A stretch of DNA of 64,000 bases from Eledone cirrhosa (lineage: Eukaryota), in contig OZ024749.1 of assembly GCA_964016885.1 (NCBI GenBank), forward strand, positions 3,100,001 through 3,164,000, read 5' to 3'. Every line of letters begins with the position of its first letter. Positions within the stretch are counted from its first letter, which is position 1. The notes below the pieces were generated by a model. That model saw only the letters and a program-made list of their open reading frames with translations. It searched no databases and had not been told where the DNA came from. The position numbers and the translations under genes are program-made. Positions 25,545-39,536 of the stretch are shown one piece after another.

Positions 25545-27475
25545 GGTATCTGAAGAGATATTAAGTAAGTAAAACCTTTCCGTCCAACAATGGATCTCAC
25601 AATAAACAAAGAAAGCAATATCTGAAAACCATAGAATCAGAAGAGAATCTGGCCATACATAAGCTCAGTATAGAATAGAAAAGGGTGAATCCAAAAAAAG
25701 AACTCGTTAAATCAGACAAACTTAAACATATGTACAACACTGAGGAGCTGAATAAGCCACCACCCAAACAGGTTATATCATGCTGATATGAAGAAACTAA
25801 AGACTAAACCAAGAAATCTTAGCTAGGGCATTAAAGGTTCAATCGATACTATCCTTACTTCCAGGGATTATATCCCTGAACGCTGTATTAAATTCTATGA
25901 AGAACTGTACTTCAGAAACTCAGAACCAACAACCATTCATGATTCGACATCAGATTCCATTCCATCTATCTTAGCTAGAGAGATATCTCATGCAATCAAA
26001 CGATTTGAAGCGAGGAAAAGCCCTGGACTGGACAACATATACTCAGAATTCATCAAAGTTGGAGTTGAACCAATTATCAAAGCATTTCAACATCTCTTTA
26101 ACTGTATTATCAGGGAAAAGTCCAGACATGTTAAAAAAAGCATTGATAGTTGTACTATATAAAAAGGGTAGCAGACTTGATTGTGGAAATTATCGTCATA
26201 TCAGTCTATTGAGTCACGTTTACAAGCGTTTCATGAGTATCATTGCAGTACGAGTGAAGTTAGACCTTTACGCCTCATTTCCTGAAACAAAGGCTGCGTA
26301 TCAAGCTGGAAGAGGCACCATTGAGCAGATCCTAGCTATTGAAAACAACATTGACAAATCAATAAAATTCAACAACCCTGTGCACATAACTTTCATTGAC
26401 TTCACAAAAGTTTTTGACAACGTGAAACTACCTAGCTTGTGGCAACTCTTAAACAAGACCTCAATTAACAACAAATACATCAACCAACTGAAAGAAACCA
26501 AGACCAGCTCAACAGTATATCAAACCAGATTTGGGAACTACACGCTGTATAGACATCTTGAAGGGAGTTAAACAGGGGGATGCACTATCAGCTCTTCTTT
26601 TTTATATAGATATAGCTGCACTTATCTACCAAATTGAAGTAGAATTCTCCACTGGCTCTCAAATAGGTGGTAAAATCCAATCAAATCTTAGCTAAGCAGA
26701 CGAGCTGGCCACTATCATGAGTTTCTCTAGAACTGATCTGCAAGACTTTCTGAATGTACTGGCCAAATATTCGCTGGAGGCTGACTTACACATCAACATC
26801 TCCAAAACAAAATGTATGACAACTGATAAAAAAACAATGCCAATCTCCAACTAACAATCTACAACCAGCAAATTGCTCAAGTTACGGAGTTTGTATATCT
26901 CGGTCACAAACTATCATCAAACAACAGTGGAATGGTTGCTGCGCAATATCGAATCGCTCTAGGTTGGACAGCTTTCAACAACAACAAGGAAGTACTAACA
27001 TCAAAACGAGTTTCCTATCATTTGAAGGCTAAGATCTTTGATACTTACATCCTACCATTTATATGGGCTTGACTCTGTTAAATTGGACGACAAGGTCACT
27101 TCAGAAGCTCTCTACATTCCAGAGGCACATCATGAGACTTATGACTGGCAACCGCCTCAGCGACCATATGTGTATCAGTGAGCTGCTCAACATTACCAGC
27201 CTTAGACTAATTACATCAATTGTCAAGTCAAGAGTACCCAAACTATATAGTCATATAAAAAAGATCAACTCGTGGTGTGAGTAGGCTATGCCTGGAAGGA
27301 AATTTGCCTCGTAAGAGAAATGGAGGCCGGCAACCAACACGATAGCTTGATAATGTCAACTTATGGACTCGACTTGATCTTTGTTCTTTAATCTCAGCTG
27401 CTGGTGATCGCACTTAGTGGAGAAAAAATATATCATGTTGATTCGCAGTCTCCATCTGGCGGAGTTTAGCATCAC
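25545..27475 (+). pseudogene. RTE LINE reverse transcriptase and 3' end, degraded
   Basis: QWIS..; LYKKGSRLDCGNYRHISLLSHVYK; AAYQAGRGTIEQI; FIDFTKVFDNV; GVKQGDALS; S*AD; EFVYLG; C-terminal GRQP..DNV. Confidence 0.85.
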
Positions 27476-28894
27476 ACACGCACATACATATACACATAAG
27501 GGTCAGCGTGTTGAAAAAAATCCTAGTTTATATAATTGCTTGTTTATATTTCAATTTATATTGTAGACTAATGAATATTCTTCGACAAATAAAATATCGT
27601 TTCATGTTTATTTTATGATAATATTTATAAACAATTATTTGTCATTTTAGGAGGTTGTTATAATTATTTAAATATATCGTTTTAATATCCTATATAATAG
27701 GATATTATTCTATATTTCTTTTATCCATATCTAATTATATCATAAATTGTTTATTTAAATTGCAGTTGGATGTTCCATCGTACTGAGTTGTAACTAAACC
27801 TAATATGCTTTCCTTAATTCAGAAATTATACTCATGATTAATATAATGTAAGTTTAATTCGTAAATTGCTCAATATATATGTTAATATACCTTTCCTTCA
27901 TCCGGTAACTCCCGAGGGAGTTGTTGGAGCGCGGTTGTTGCATACGCTGTTCTTGGGGTATTTCAAGCGTGATGGAGTCCATCTCCATTACAGGTTAGGA
28001 TAGAGGAGATTTCTTCTTGAGAGAGATTGAAATTGAGATAAAGGAAATGAGAAAGACATATAGAGTAAGAGTCTACCCCAGTACTAGACTGGTACGTTTA
28101 AATAACCTCGAATGGACGAAAGGCTATATTGACCACGGCAGAGTTGGGAGAGCAGAGTGCCGAAATTATTACCACATATCATTCTATCTGATGTTTTAAA
28201 GATTCTTCCAATCTACCACATGATGAATATAATGAAAGTTTAATAATTACATTACTTAGTATATATATTAATATATAATGATATTATACATTTCTACATA
28301 AAAGATAGATTTGTTATCAGAAAATATTATAGAATTTATACTATAGAATTTCTCTGATCTATTATCATTTAATAAATGTTATATATATTATATAGAATAT
28401 TTTATTATGATTTCAAACAATTCATTTACTAACTACATTCAATTTTGCTTACCGGCATTGAATACAGTTTATGAATGTAAGCATCCCCTGAGTATAAGCA
28501 TCCCCTTTACTATAACACCTTTACGAAATTAATGATTGAATTAGAAGTTTCACACAATTGATATACTTGAATGGTTTTTCTCATATTTTACTCCTACTTT
28601 TAATTCCTGTATTGCTGTTTCTCTATGTACTAATGTTAATATACCTCAATGCTAGTGAACTTGGTTTCACCATAATACAAAGTTCCTATACTGATTTAAC
28701 AAGTAAAGATTTCAAATTGCAAATGAATGTGTTATTTAATAGGAGCTCTGCATATTATCACAGCAAATATAAATTTCGGTTTTACATATTCCTATCAATT
28801 TAATAATAAATATGTCAGCTGAAAGTTTTCAATATTTTAATTACGTTTAATTGTTTCATTTATGGATTAGATATGATAACTAAATGATATCTGT

Positions 28895-29275
28895 TTAAGG
28901 CACAAGGCCAACAATTTAGGGGGAAGCGAATTTCGTTTAATTCGACCTCAGTGTCGTAGTTGTAATTTATTGACAATGAATAAAAGATAAATCTAACTTG
29001 ACGGGGATCTGAACTCACAACAGACGTAAAACATATCTGACACTCTCCTTATTCTGCCAATCTCCCACCCTTGGATATGATGTCATACAAATCTTGTCTT
29101 AAATATTCTAGCATTGTAGATCACAGTGTAACTAACTTTTAATATTCCGTATATTATTTACAATAGGTGGCAAATTGGCAGAGTCGTTAGAATGTCGGAT
29201 AGATGCTCTCTGATATTTGTTCCGGCTCTCTGCTCTCTGCGACTCCCATGTGGTCGAGTTCACCTTTCAACCTTC
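28895..29275. mobile_element. Two old SINE copies in opposite orientation
   Basis: ~28895-29070 (-) GGCACAAGGCC..CTGAACTC..CTGCCAATC; ~29165-29275 (+) GGTGGCAAATTGGCAGAGTCGTTAG. Confidence 0.55.
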
Positions 29276-29744
29276 CTCTCTCTGGAAAAAAATCTGCTGT
29301 ACCCAGGCTTGGAGAGGGATGGGCTCCGCCAAGCTTAAAATGCCCAAGAAACGCCCTATGACATTACAGCGCCCCTACAAACACTATCAGGAGTTACGGG
29401 ACCATATAATATCAAATCATACCATAGCATATCGTTTACAACAGGTTGTAGTTACAATTTTCATGAAAGTAATAATTTCACATTTATATATATATTCTGT
29501 GTATTACTATATCCATTAATTATCACTAGTGGGGTTGTTTTACTTTAAAATATATCGTATCACTTCCTATTCATTGTTAGTTTGGTTATATTTTACATTT
29601 CCTCATTGGGTTTATTTAGAGAAATATAATGATGTCGTTGACATTATTTCCGGTAATTAAAATAAATATATCTTAATTGATATATCATGTAATTCTTCTG
29701 ATATATAGGGATGACTGTTCAATGATTTTATCTCTTTAAATGAC

Positions 29745-30117
29745 TGGCGGTGGATTGGCAGTATTGGTAGAGGGTCGGACGCCATGCTTTGACGTATAGA
29801 GTTACGGCCCTTGCCATTCTGAGTTCAAATCCCGCCAATGTTAACTTTGCCTTTCATACTCACGGGGTCGATAAAACAAAGTACCAGTAATGTAGTGGGT
29901 AATTGCTGGCATTGTGCAAAAAGTAGAAACAATTATTGGCAGTATCGGTAGAGGTTTGGACGCCATTTTTGCAGCAAAGAGTTACGGCCCTTTATGGTCT
30001 GAGTTCAAATACCGCCGAGGTTAACTTTGCCTTTCATCCTTACGAGGTCGATAAAATAAAGTACCAGTAATGCACTGGAATAATTGTCGGCCTTGTTTCA
30101 AAAGTAGAAATAATTAT
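29745..30117 (+). mobile_element. Head-to-tail SINE dimer within one TSD
   Basis: Two units (~29745-29934 and ~29935-30117); direct repeat TATCTCTTTAAA on the outer flanks only. Confidence 0.8.
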
Positions 30118-30407
30118 CTCTTTAAAATTTAAATTAAATGATACACACTATTTCTGATGACAAAAGCAATGAGCAGAACTATTTCATTTATAATATCACA
30201 TAAAAATGCTGACCCCCTCTATTTGGGTAAATGACTGTAAGCAATGTTTTTCCAATATATTTGTTTTCCCCTCATATTTTCTTTTCTCGTTTATGTAGAA
30301 ACATCTGTCAGAAGAAAGAAATGTCTTGAATATACATCTTCCAATATGAGAAAATATATATGTACGTATGTATGTATTTATATATATATAGAGAGAGAGA
30401 CATACAT

Positions 30408-30438
<31 letters not shown>

Positions 30439-30440
30439 CA

Positions 30441-31520
<1,080 letters not shown>

Positions 31521-31525
31521 ATATA

Positions 31526-31624
<99 letters not shown>

Positions 31625-31653
31625 ATATTTATATATTTATATATTTATATATT

Positions 31654-31684
<31 letters not shown>

Positions 31685-31719
31685 ATTTCGTTTCTGAATT
31701 TGTTTAGCAAGACTCTTTA

Positions 31720-32000
31720 TCTGAAAACGTCTGTTGAAACCGATATTTTTATACTTTGGTAGGGTCATGTTGCCAATAAGAAACACATGCACCAGCTGCT
31801 TTCACTCCAATTTATCATAAAATGAATTATAAATTTCCGGTTGGTTTATTGGTTCCACAACCGTCCGGTTGTGGAACCAACCAACCAACCGGAAATTTAT
31901 AATTTTTTTAATTTATAATTTATTTTATGATAAATTGGAGTGAAAGCAATGATGCGTGTGTTTCTTATTGGCAACATGACTCTCCCTAAGTATAACAATT
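31720..32000. mobile_element. Family A fold-back (hairpin of ~115-130-bp arms)
   Basis: Arms inverted about CCGTCCGG at ~31861-31868; homologous to 1-151. Confidence 0.75.
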
Positions 32001-32059
32001 TATATATATATATATTAATTCAAGATATTAACAAAAATAGACATTCGTGTGATCAATTA

Positions 32060-32126
32060 TATTTTATTATACATATTTCAGAGGTACTGTGCTATCTTCA
32101 ACAGTACGTCCTCATCAGATAAAATA
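32060..32126 (-). ncRNA. Type I hammerhead (family D relative); damaged inverted copy at ~32190-32250
   Basis: UAUUUUAU-CUGAUGA-GGACGUACUG..CAGUACCUCU-GAAA-UAUGUA-UA^AUAAAAUA; perfect 8-bp stem I. Confidence 0.8.
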
Positions 32127-32310
32127 AGATGATGCATGACATACCCTGACTTAGTAGATGTTTAAGAGTCAGTCATGGTACTACTATAACTGAATGAGGA
32201 CGTACTATTGAAGACAGCTCAATACCTTTGAAATATGTATAATAAAATATACTTCATCACACGAATGTCTATTTTTGTTAATATCTTGAATTAATATTAA
32301 TAACTCCGGA

Positions 32311-32497
32311 TTGGTGGTGGCTTGGCAGTATCGGTAGAGGGTCGGACGCCATGCTTTCCAGCATAGTTACGTCCCTTTGCGGTCTGAGTTCAAATCCCAC
32401 CGAGGTTAACTTTGCCTTTCATCCTTACGGGGTCGATAAAATAAAGTACCAGTAATGCACTGGGTAATTGATGGCCTTGTGCCAAAAGTAGAAACAA
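32311..32497 (+). mobile_element. Young SINE inserted into the tail of an HHR micro-element
   Basis: Intact A and B boxes; ~20-bp TSD TTAATATTAATAACTCCGGA on both sides. Confidence 0.9.
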
Positions 32498-33060
32498 TTA
32501 ATATTAATAACTCCGGAAAACCATTACTGTGGAGTGCTTCCAATCTAATGTAAAACTCATTCTTTGATTTATTCCTTGAACCTTGTTTAACCTTTAAATA
32601 TATATATATATATATATATAATTTGTTACAACAGTGATTTATAGAGATAGTTAGGTTTCGCTGTGTTATACACCCGAACTCATCCAACCTCTTACACGAA
32701 GAAAGATTGTGGTAGCCATCTATCTTTATATAACAGGCTGAATGAGTTGGGTTGTATAAGCCAAGGAAACTTAAGTACTTATATATGGGTCTCTTGTAAC
32801 TAATTATCCTCAACTAGTCCTATGGACTAAGTGTTCTTACCCTTGGATATTTCTACCATACTAATACTAACTTTTATTTTGCTACTCATGTTTGTTTGTT
32901 TTTTCAACTAATTGCCGCCTTCACTCCCACTCGTCCGTCACATTCCCACTCTTCTCCCGATGGAGATCTTACCAGTTCAAATTTTTCCTGGATATCCAGG
33001 AAAACTTGAACCGTTAAGATCTCCTTCCTGGATATGTCAATATTTATAAAACAAAGTTTG

Positions 33061-33121
33061 TATTTTATCTGATGAGGGCGTACCAAAGATTTGGTACCCT
33101 TGAAACATATATAATAGTATA
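33061..33121 (+). ncRNA. Type I hammerhead (family D relative)
   Basis: UAUUUUAU-CUGAUGA-GGGCGUACCAAAGAUUUGGUACCCUU-GAAA-CAUAUA-UA^AUAGUAUA. Confidence 0.7.
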
Positions 33122-33178
33122 AATATGGTTTTATAAATATCAATGATATATATACTCCAGAAAACGTATTCATTTTGC

Positions 33179-33309
<131 letters not shown>

Positions 33310-33768
33310 GTATATATATATGGAATAGAATGAAACGAAATTTCATTTCTCACTCTTAGTACGGCACTTGCTTACATGTAAGTATGTATGTATACGTACA
33401 TACATATATGTATACAGACGTACAGTAGTATGTATATATATACATACATGCACACACATATATATAAATGCACGTACCGGTTTACCGAACATCTATTATA
33501 ATACAGTGTTTATGCTACGGTGTCACCTTTTTTGTTCAACACTAATAAGCTTGAAACTAGTACACCGTTCCCGTCTGTGTTGAAAAAAAAAAGGTGACGT
33601 GGTTGTCTTTGGTTGAGTGCTGAGTGTCAGGTGGGACCCAATGCAGGATGAGCTGTCCTGAAAAGGGCATAGCTAGTCCTCCCTACAGAGGAACATGTCC
33701 CTTCCTTACACCCCAGGCATGTACACACGCATATACATACACATACATATGTACATGTGTATATATAT

Positions 33769-33862
<94 letters not shown>

Positions 33863-33902
33863 ATATATACATACACATACATATGTACATGTGTATATAT
33901 AT

Positions 33903-33984
<82 letters not shown>

Positions 33985-34005
33985 ATATATATATATATGT
34001 ATATG

Positions 34006-34060
<55 letters not shown>

Positions 34061-34075
34061 ATATATATATGTATG

Positions 34076-34107
<32 letters not shown>

Positions 34108-34122
34108 AAAATAACAGATTAA

Positions 34123-34173
34123 AGTTTAAGCAAAGAATCGCTGCTTTCACCCTTAACGGGATCTTCTGAAACT
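34123..34173 (-). ncRNA. Hammerhead, U4A variant (CAGAAGA)
   Basis: Reverse complement of 39274-39324; inverted arm joined to the sense tail at ~34178-34273. Confidence 0.6.
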
Positions 34174-34274
34174 AACTAATAAATATTTGCACCACGGTTC
34201 TTATATATTTGATATATATTTATCCTTATCGAGCCCTCTTTGGATTTTAGTCTTCAAATTTATTATTATTACTA

Positions 34275-34355
<81 letters not shown>

Positions 34356-34481
34356 GTGATGTTTTCTTTACAAAATAAAAGATAACCGGGGTGGTCTACA
34401 CGAGTGAAAGTATAAGAAACAAGATGAAATCTAAAATTCAACTGGAGTCTTTTTTTTTTTAAATATATATTTATTTGGTTC

Positions 34482-34517
34482 CTTTAGCGGTTTCGCAGTT
34501 CCTCTGCTTTTCAAAAG
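34482..34517 (-). ncRNA. Candidate minimal hammerhead with U3-A8 core covariation
   Basis: CUU-UUGAAAA-GCAG-AGGAA-CUGC-GAAA-CCGC-UA^AAG; stems are short. Confidence 0.4.
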
Positions 34518-34578
34518 TAGAATTGAGATGGAGGGCCTGTGGTTTTTCTCACTATGTAAGTTTTGTCGCATATAAAAT

Positions 34579-34609
<31 letters not shown>

Positions 34610-34768
34610 GAAACAACTGTAGAACAACTGATGTTATTACATTGAGCTATTTATCTTACTTGTAATAAGGTAGTAATAAATTACTATATTTCACTGTTTA
34701 CGTTTTAAAATATATATAACTATAAAAAGTTTTAGTATATACATAACCATAAATAGTATCCTTAGTAC

Positions 34769-34865
<97 letters not shown>

Positions 34866-34949
34866 TCATATATATATATACATATATATATATATTTTTT
34901 ATATGCGACAAAACACATAGTTTCATACATATAGGTACACATACACACA

Positions 34950-35395
34950 CAATAAAAACTGCCTCCAAATTAAAGCACAACCGTTCTGATATTGTTGTTT
35001 TTTGTGGACCACACATTGAAAACGTGTTCTGTTGTGGAGATCAGCTGGCCACTTGATGTAAACGTTGTCAGAAAAATACAGGAGAACGAGGATATCTACG
35101 GACGATTGATGAGGAGTATCCAAGATACACCTTTAGCTTCATACCCATCACTATTTGAGCTACGGGTTATATACCAACCCGTTTGGACCAAAGTATGACT
35201 GAACTTGGATTTGCGGACAAAGAGCGCAGCTCCCTAATTCATAGTCTACAAATGGCTGCGATAGCTGGCACCTTCAACTTTTGCAAAACATTCTTGCGAT
35301 TGAAGGGCTGACAATTCTTTTCTTTTACAACCTTACCACCAGGGAGGTGGCCGGTCAAAAAAATATACTAGGAATTAAGAGAAAGAGATGACACA
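34950..35395 (+). pseudogene. R4/Dong-like non-LTR retrotransposon 3' fragment (restriction-like endonuclease)
   Basis: KLKHNRSDIVV / KTCSVVEISWPLDVNV..EDIYG / FIPITI*ATGYIP..LQMAAIAGT..CKTFL. Confidence 0.7.
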
Positions 35396-35937
35396 TATAT
35401 TCAGATATACAAACATTCATAATTATGAAATACATACATGCAGACTTACGTACATAAAATATATGCATATGGCGATAGAATTTGGTAGAAGTTTCTAAGT
35501 GATTACCAAATTACCAAATGATAAGAAAACATGCCAATAACATAGACTTGTTTTCATTGCCAGGAGAGGCTAATGTATAGTGTAACTGTTATTCTGTATT
35601 ACCTATATATCTAGCGTTAGTCTACACCAATTGTAATTATTTATGTCCCATTTAAATTCACACGAGTAGGTTATTCTTGTAATGTCTTCCTTCCAATTAG
35701 TCTACTGTTGGTTTCTAAAGTTTATATTGAAGATTTCTGAACTGAAATAAACGATCGGAAATAGGAAATACTGCAAAAGACATAGTCAGCAATTAGAGGT
35801 GAGGAATGTATGATTTTCACGTCCACAAAACGTAGATATATGTATGTATATCATATATCTATACATATATATGTGTATACACACGCGCAGACGCACATAC
35901 ACACTCACACACTCACACACAGACACACACACACCAT

Positions 35938-35981
<44 letters not shown>

Positions 35982-36388
35982 TTATAACGAAGGAAGTGGG
36001 GAAAGGAACCAGATGGACCATAACGCAACAGAGTACTCACTACTTAGGGTAGTAGAGTGGGTAAATGTTTAACCCCAACATTTACCTATATATATTTATA
36101 GATATATATATATAAATATATATATGTATATATATACATATATATATGCATCGGTATATATATGTATATATATATATATATAAATTAATAAAAACAATGA
36201 AATAGAAACAAAGAAAATAGAAGATGCATTCACACATTTTTGAATGCATCTTCTCTTTTCATGATATTTAGATTATATTGAGTTCTTCATACGGATTGGA
36301 CACTACCGTATATTTTGGTAGATTTATCTACATATATATATAAAATAAAATAAATAAGTCAAATGTTTAAAATTTGGCTTCGTTTATT

Positions 36389-36443
36389 ACTGCTATATAT
36401 ATTTCGGTGACTGCCATCTTTGTCTGTGACCTCTTCAGGCAGT
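36389..36443 (-). ncRNA. Minimal type I hammerhead ribozyme
   Basis: ACUGC-CUGAAGA-GGU-(20 nt)-ACC-GAAA-UAUAUA-UA^GCAGU; perfect 5-bp stem I, palindromic stem III. Confidence 0.8.
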
Positions 36444-36582
36444 CCTAATTAGTGTGGTAGAGACGAGTGCACAAGTTGTTGAGGTGTTTATCTTTGTCAA
36501 TACTCTGATATGCCCAGTTCCTGGATATATCAGTTATAAAAATATTTACTTGTTGTATCCCAACAACTTTAAATAGAACTTT

Positions 36583-36651
<69 letters not shown>

Positions 36652-36655
<4 letters not shown>

Positions 36656-36975
36656 TGGCTGCCAAATCGTTTTCGAGTACGGCCACTACTTAATACCCAT
36701 GTAAGAGAACCCCTACAGATGCGCGGAACGAGTGTGACGTTTTAGTGCAGCCAGTGACTTGAAAACTCTGGTACAAACACTACACTTGTGACAATTATTG
36801 ACACATAGTGATGGGCCCATGATAGCATGTGACGACCAGTGCAGAGCGATCTCCAGATATAAAGCAATGCCTGTGCTCTGAAGCTTTTATAGTGAACAAA
36901 TGCACTGCACAAAGCCAGACCCACTCTATTAACCAAAATGATATTTAAAGACTCCAGTTGCATTTTCGATTACAT
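36652..36975 (-). pseudogene. LINE (probably RTE-type) 3' end with C2H2-like motif
   Basis: CSVCTRVFKSLA..H motif and 3' UTR GTGGCCGTACTCGAAAACGA.TTGGCAGCCACCAT; second copy at 41038-41246. Confidence 0.6.
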
Positions 36976-36982
36976 CTTTTGT

Positions 36983-37018
<36 letters not shown>

Positions 37019-37571
37019 TTTCTCTGGCGACCAGCTCGAGGCACGATCGATGTGATGATCGAACCTGACTCTGCAAATCGCAAGGTCCACAGATACGTCT
37101 TCATTTCACATCGATCGTGTCTCGAACTGGTCGCCAGGGAAACGATTGTAATATGTCCAATACATTCTATTCGTCGCAACACTGATTCTCTTCTTATCTG
37201 TGACATCATACTCTGCTCTATGAGGACATCCAGTGCTCATACAGCCTACCGCATACGGACGCTTTAAGCATCCAACACCAATTATATATATATATATATA
37301 ATCGGTGTTGGATGCTTAAAGCGTCCGTATATATATATTGTTATACTTGGGGCGGGTCATATTGTTGTAATATTATTACCAGAATTAATAATAGAACACA
37401 CTCACTGTTTGGTTGGTGTTTGCTTCTGTATCTTTTATATCAGTTAATTCATTGGGTCCTCAATGTTTACCATTCACTGACCAACGGTAAAAAAATACGT
37501 GTAGAATATAGATATTAACACATATATATAGTCTAACTAAGTTCTTTCGTTGCACATCTGCAACCTCGCAA

Positions 37572-37632
<61 letters not shown>

Positions 37633-37648
37633 TAAAATAACAGATTAA

Positions 37649-37699
37649 AGTTTAAGCAAAGAATCGCTGCTTTCACCCTTAACGGGATCTTCTGAAACT
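37649..37699 (-). ncRNA. Hammerhead, U4A variant, at the 3' end of the PLE body
   Basis: Same motif as 39274-39324, sense to the GIY-YIG ORF. Confidence 0.6.
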
Positions 37700-38679
37700 A
37701 GCAAAGTCAATCTGTAAACGCAGAAGTGGATATTTCAAAAAACGTTGCAACCGGAGGAAGACAGGAAGACGATACTTTGGTGCGTGGTAACGTTCCCTGG
37801 CAAAGAACGGGAAAAAACGAATATAATACGTCATTAATAGGAGCGGTGAAAAACAATTACGCGCAAAGACAGAACCGTGTTTATGGCATAAAAGAAGTCG
37901 TAGACTAATGTTCTCTTAGGTGGTTCATAGAGACGTTCTCTCGCAATGAACGAAAAAAACGAAGATAATACCTCATATGTGGAGCGTGGAGAAAAATTGC
38001 AAGCAAAGACAAAACCACGTAAATGGTATAGCTGAAGTCGTAGACTAAATTCTAACTAGGAAACCGAATGAATCTCCGCTACGGAGTTAAGAGAAGTAAA
38101 TAAATACAATACAGAGGTAATAGAAATTAAATAAATGCATACACGCATGCAAATACGTACATACACAAGCATACGCAAAACACTTGCCATAGGTATACAA
38201 AACCACGCACATATAAATATGTGTGTGTGTGTGCGTGTATACAAATAAATAAATAATTAAATAAACGTATATAAATAAATAAATACGTATATAACAAGCG
38301 CCGACACATACCTACCTGTAAATACACAAATGTTCGGAGACGTAAGTCAACCAAAACATAAAGTACACATATATACACACCCTACATACGTACGAACCTG
38401 CATAATCACGCAGACACAAAACTCCCGTATACACATAACCAAACCATATGTACCAGAATATATAGAATATTTATACGCCATAACATAATCAATCAAATAT
38501 ACGTATGAGAAAGTATACGTACCTTCACAAAACATACAGGTAATATATATTTACCTATGAAAATAAGTAATGGTATCAACAAAACATATACTTAGCTACC
38601 ACATCAAGACGTAAACTATCCGTGTATAGATCGTACTATCCGTTAGGGTATAATGTGCGGCTGTAATACAAGAAATGTT

Positions 38680-39268
38680 TGTGCAATTTATGTTTACAAG
38701 CCGAAATTGCCTCAGATTTTTTGTTTAAGATGTGGTATGTGGCGTAGAGTATTTCCAGGGCCTCAGTGGCGCAGAGGTCACATGGTCATTTATTTCCGTT
38801 ATACGATCTAGCCCTAGCTAGGATCTCCCAGTGTAACTTAAATTGGGTGTGGTTGTCTTTTAGACTCCAGATATAAGCTGAAAGTGACGTCATATTCCTT
38901 CTTAGAGGGTAACTAAAAGAATGGGTATGCATGTGAAGACGCTGCTTGAATCTATTGTCGGTTAACCCTATGTAGGCCCTACGGGACGTGGGTGTTTCGA
39001 CCTTACATTTGTAGACAATGTTACTAGAGAGGCATTTCCCGGATAGGGGGCAATCAACCCGATTCCTACAATTGCAGCTAGTACTAACTACAGTGTTGCA
39101 CGTGTGCCTACGGCTAGGTAGTTTAGCTAAATTTGAAGCTGTGATGTTATGTGCAAGGTTAGGAGTCGTAGAGTAAGACATTTTAATAGTATTTCTATCG
39201 AAAATTTTACTATATTTATCTTTAGGGGGGAAATGCTTCGTAATAAGGGAAAGAAAGATCTTAGCTAA
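38680..39268 (-). pseudogene. PLE GIY-YIG endonuclease fragment
   Basis: SYSTTPNLAHNI..CNCRNRVDCPLSGKCLSSNIVYKC..AYIGLT..FKQRL..H..TSLSAYIWSLK..WEILA; paralogous to the C-terminus of 44380-46021. Confidence 0.85.
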
Positions 39269-39273
39269 TGGTT

Positions 39274-39324
39274 AGTTTCAGAAGATCCCGTTAAGGGTGA
39301 AAGCAGCGATTCTTTGCTTAAACT
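39274..39324 (+). ncRNA. Hammerhead, U4A variant (CAGAAGA)
   Basis: AGUUU-CAGAAGA-UCCC-GUUAA-GGGU-GAAA-GCA-GCGAUUCUU-UGC-UU^AAACU. Confidence 0.6.
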
Positions 39325-39443
39325 TTAATCTGTTATTTTAATAAATATCTGCTCTACGGTTCTTATATATTTGATATATATTTATCCTTATCGATCCCTC
39401 TTTGGATTTTAGTCTTCAAATTTATTATTATTACTATTATTAT

Positions 39444-39536
<93 letters not shown>

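Larger units (their letters stand above)
37628..39447. mobile_element. 5'-truncated Penelope-like element: long inverted body (-) plus short sense tail (+), in (TA)n
   Basis: Inverted arms 37628-37700 and 39273-39345 each carry an HHR; GIY-YIG coding sequence on the minus strand; tail 39345-39447 is also at ~9153-9238 and ~34190-34273. Confidence 0.8.

Noticed and set aside
29745-29840. tRNA genes at A/B-box motifs
   Set aside because: No cloverleaf; the motifs continue into a shared SINE body with TSDs
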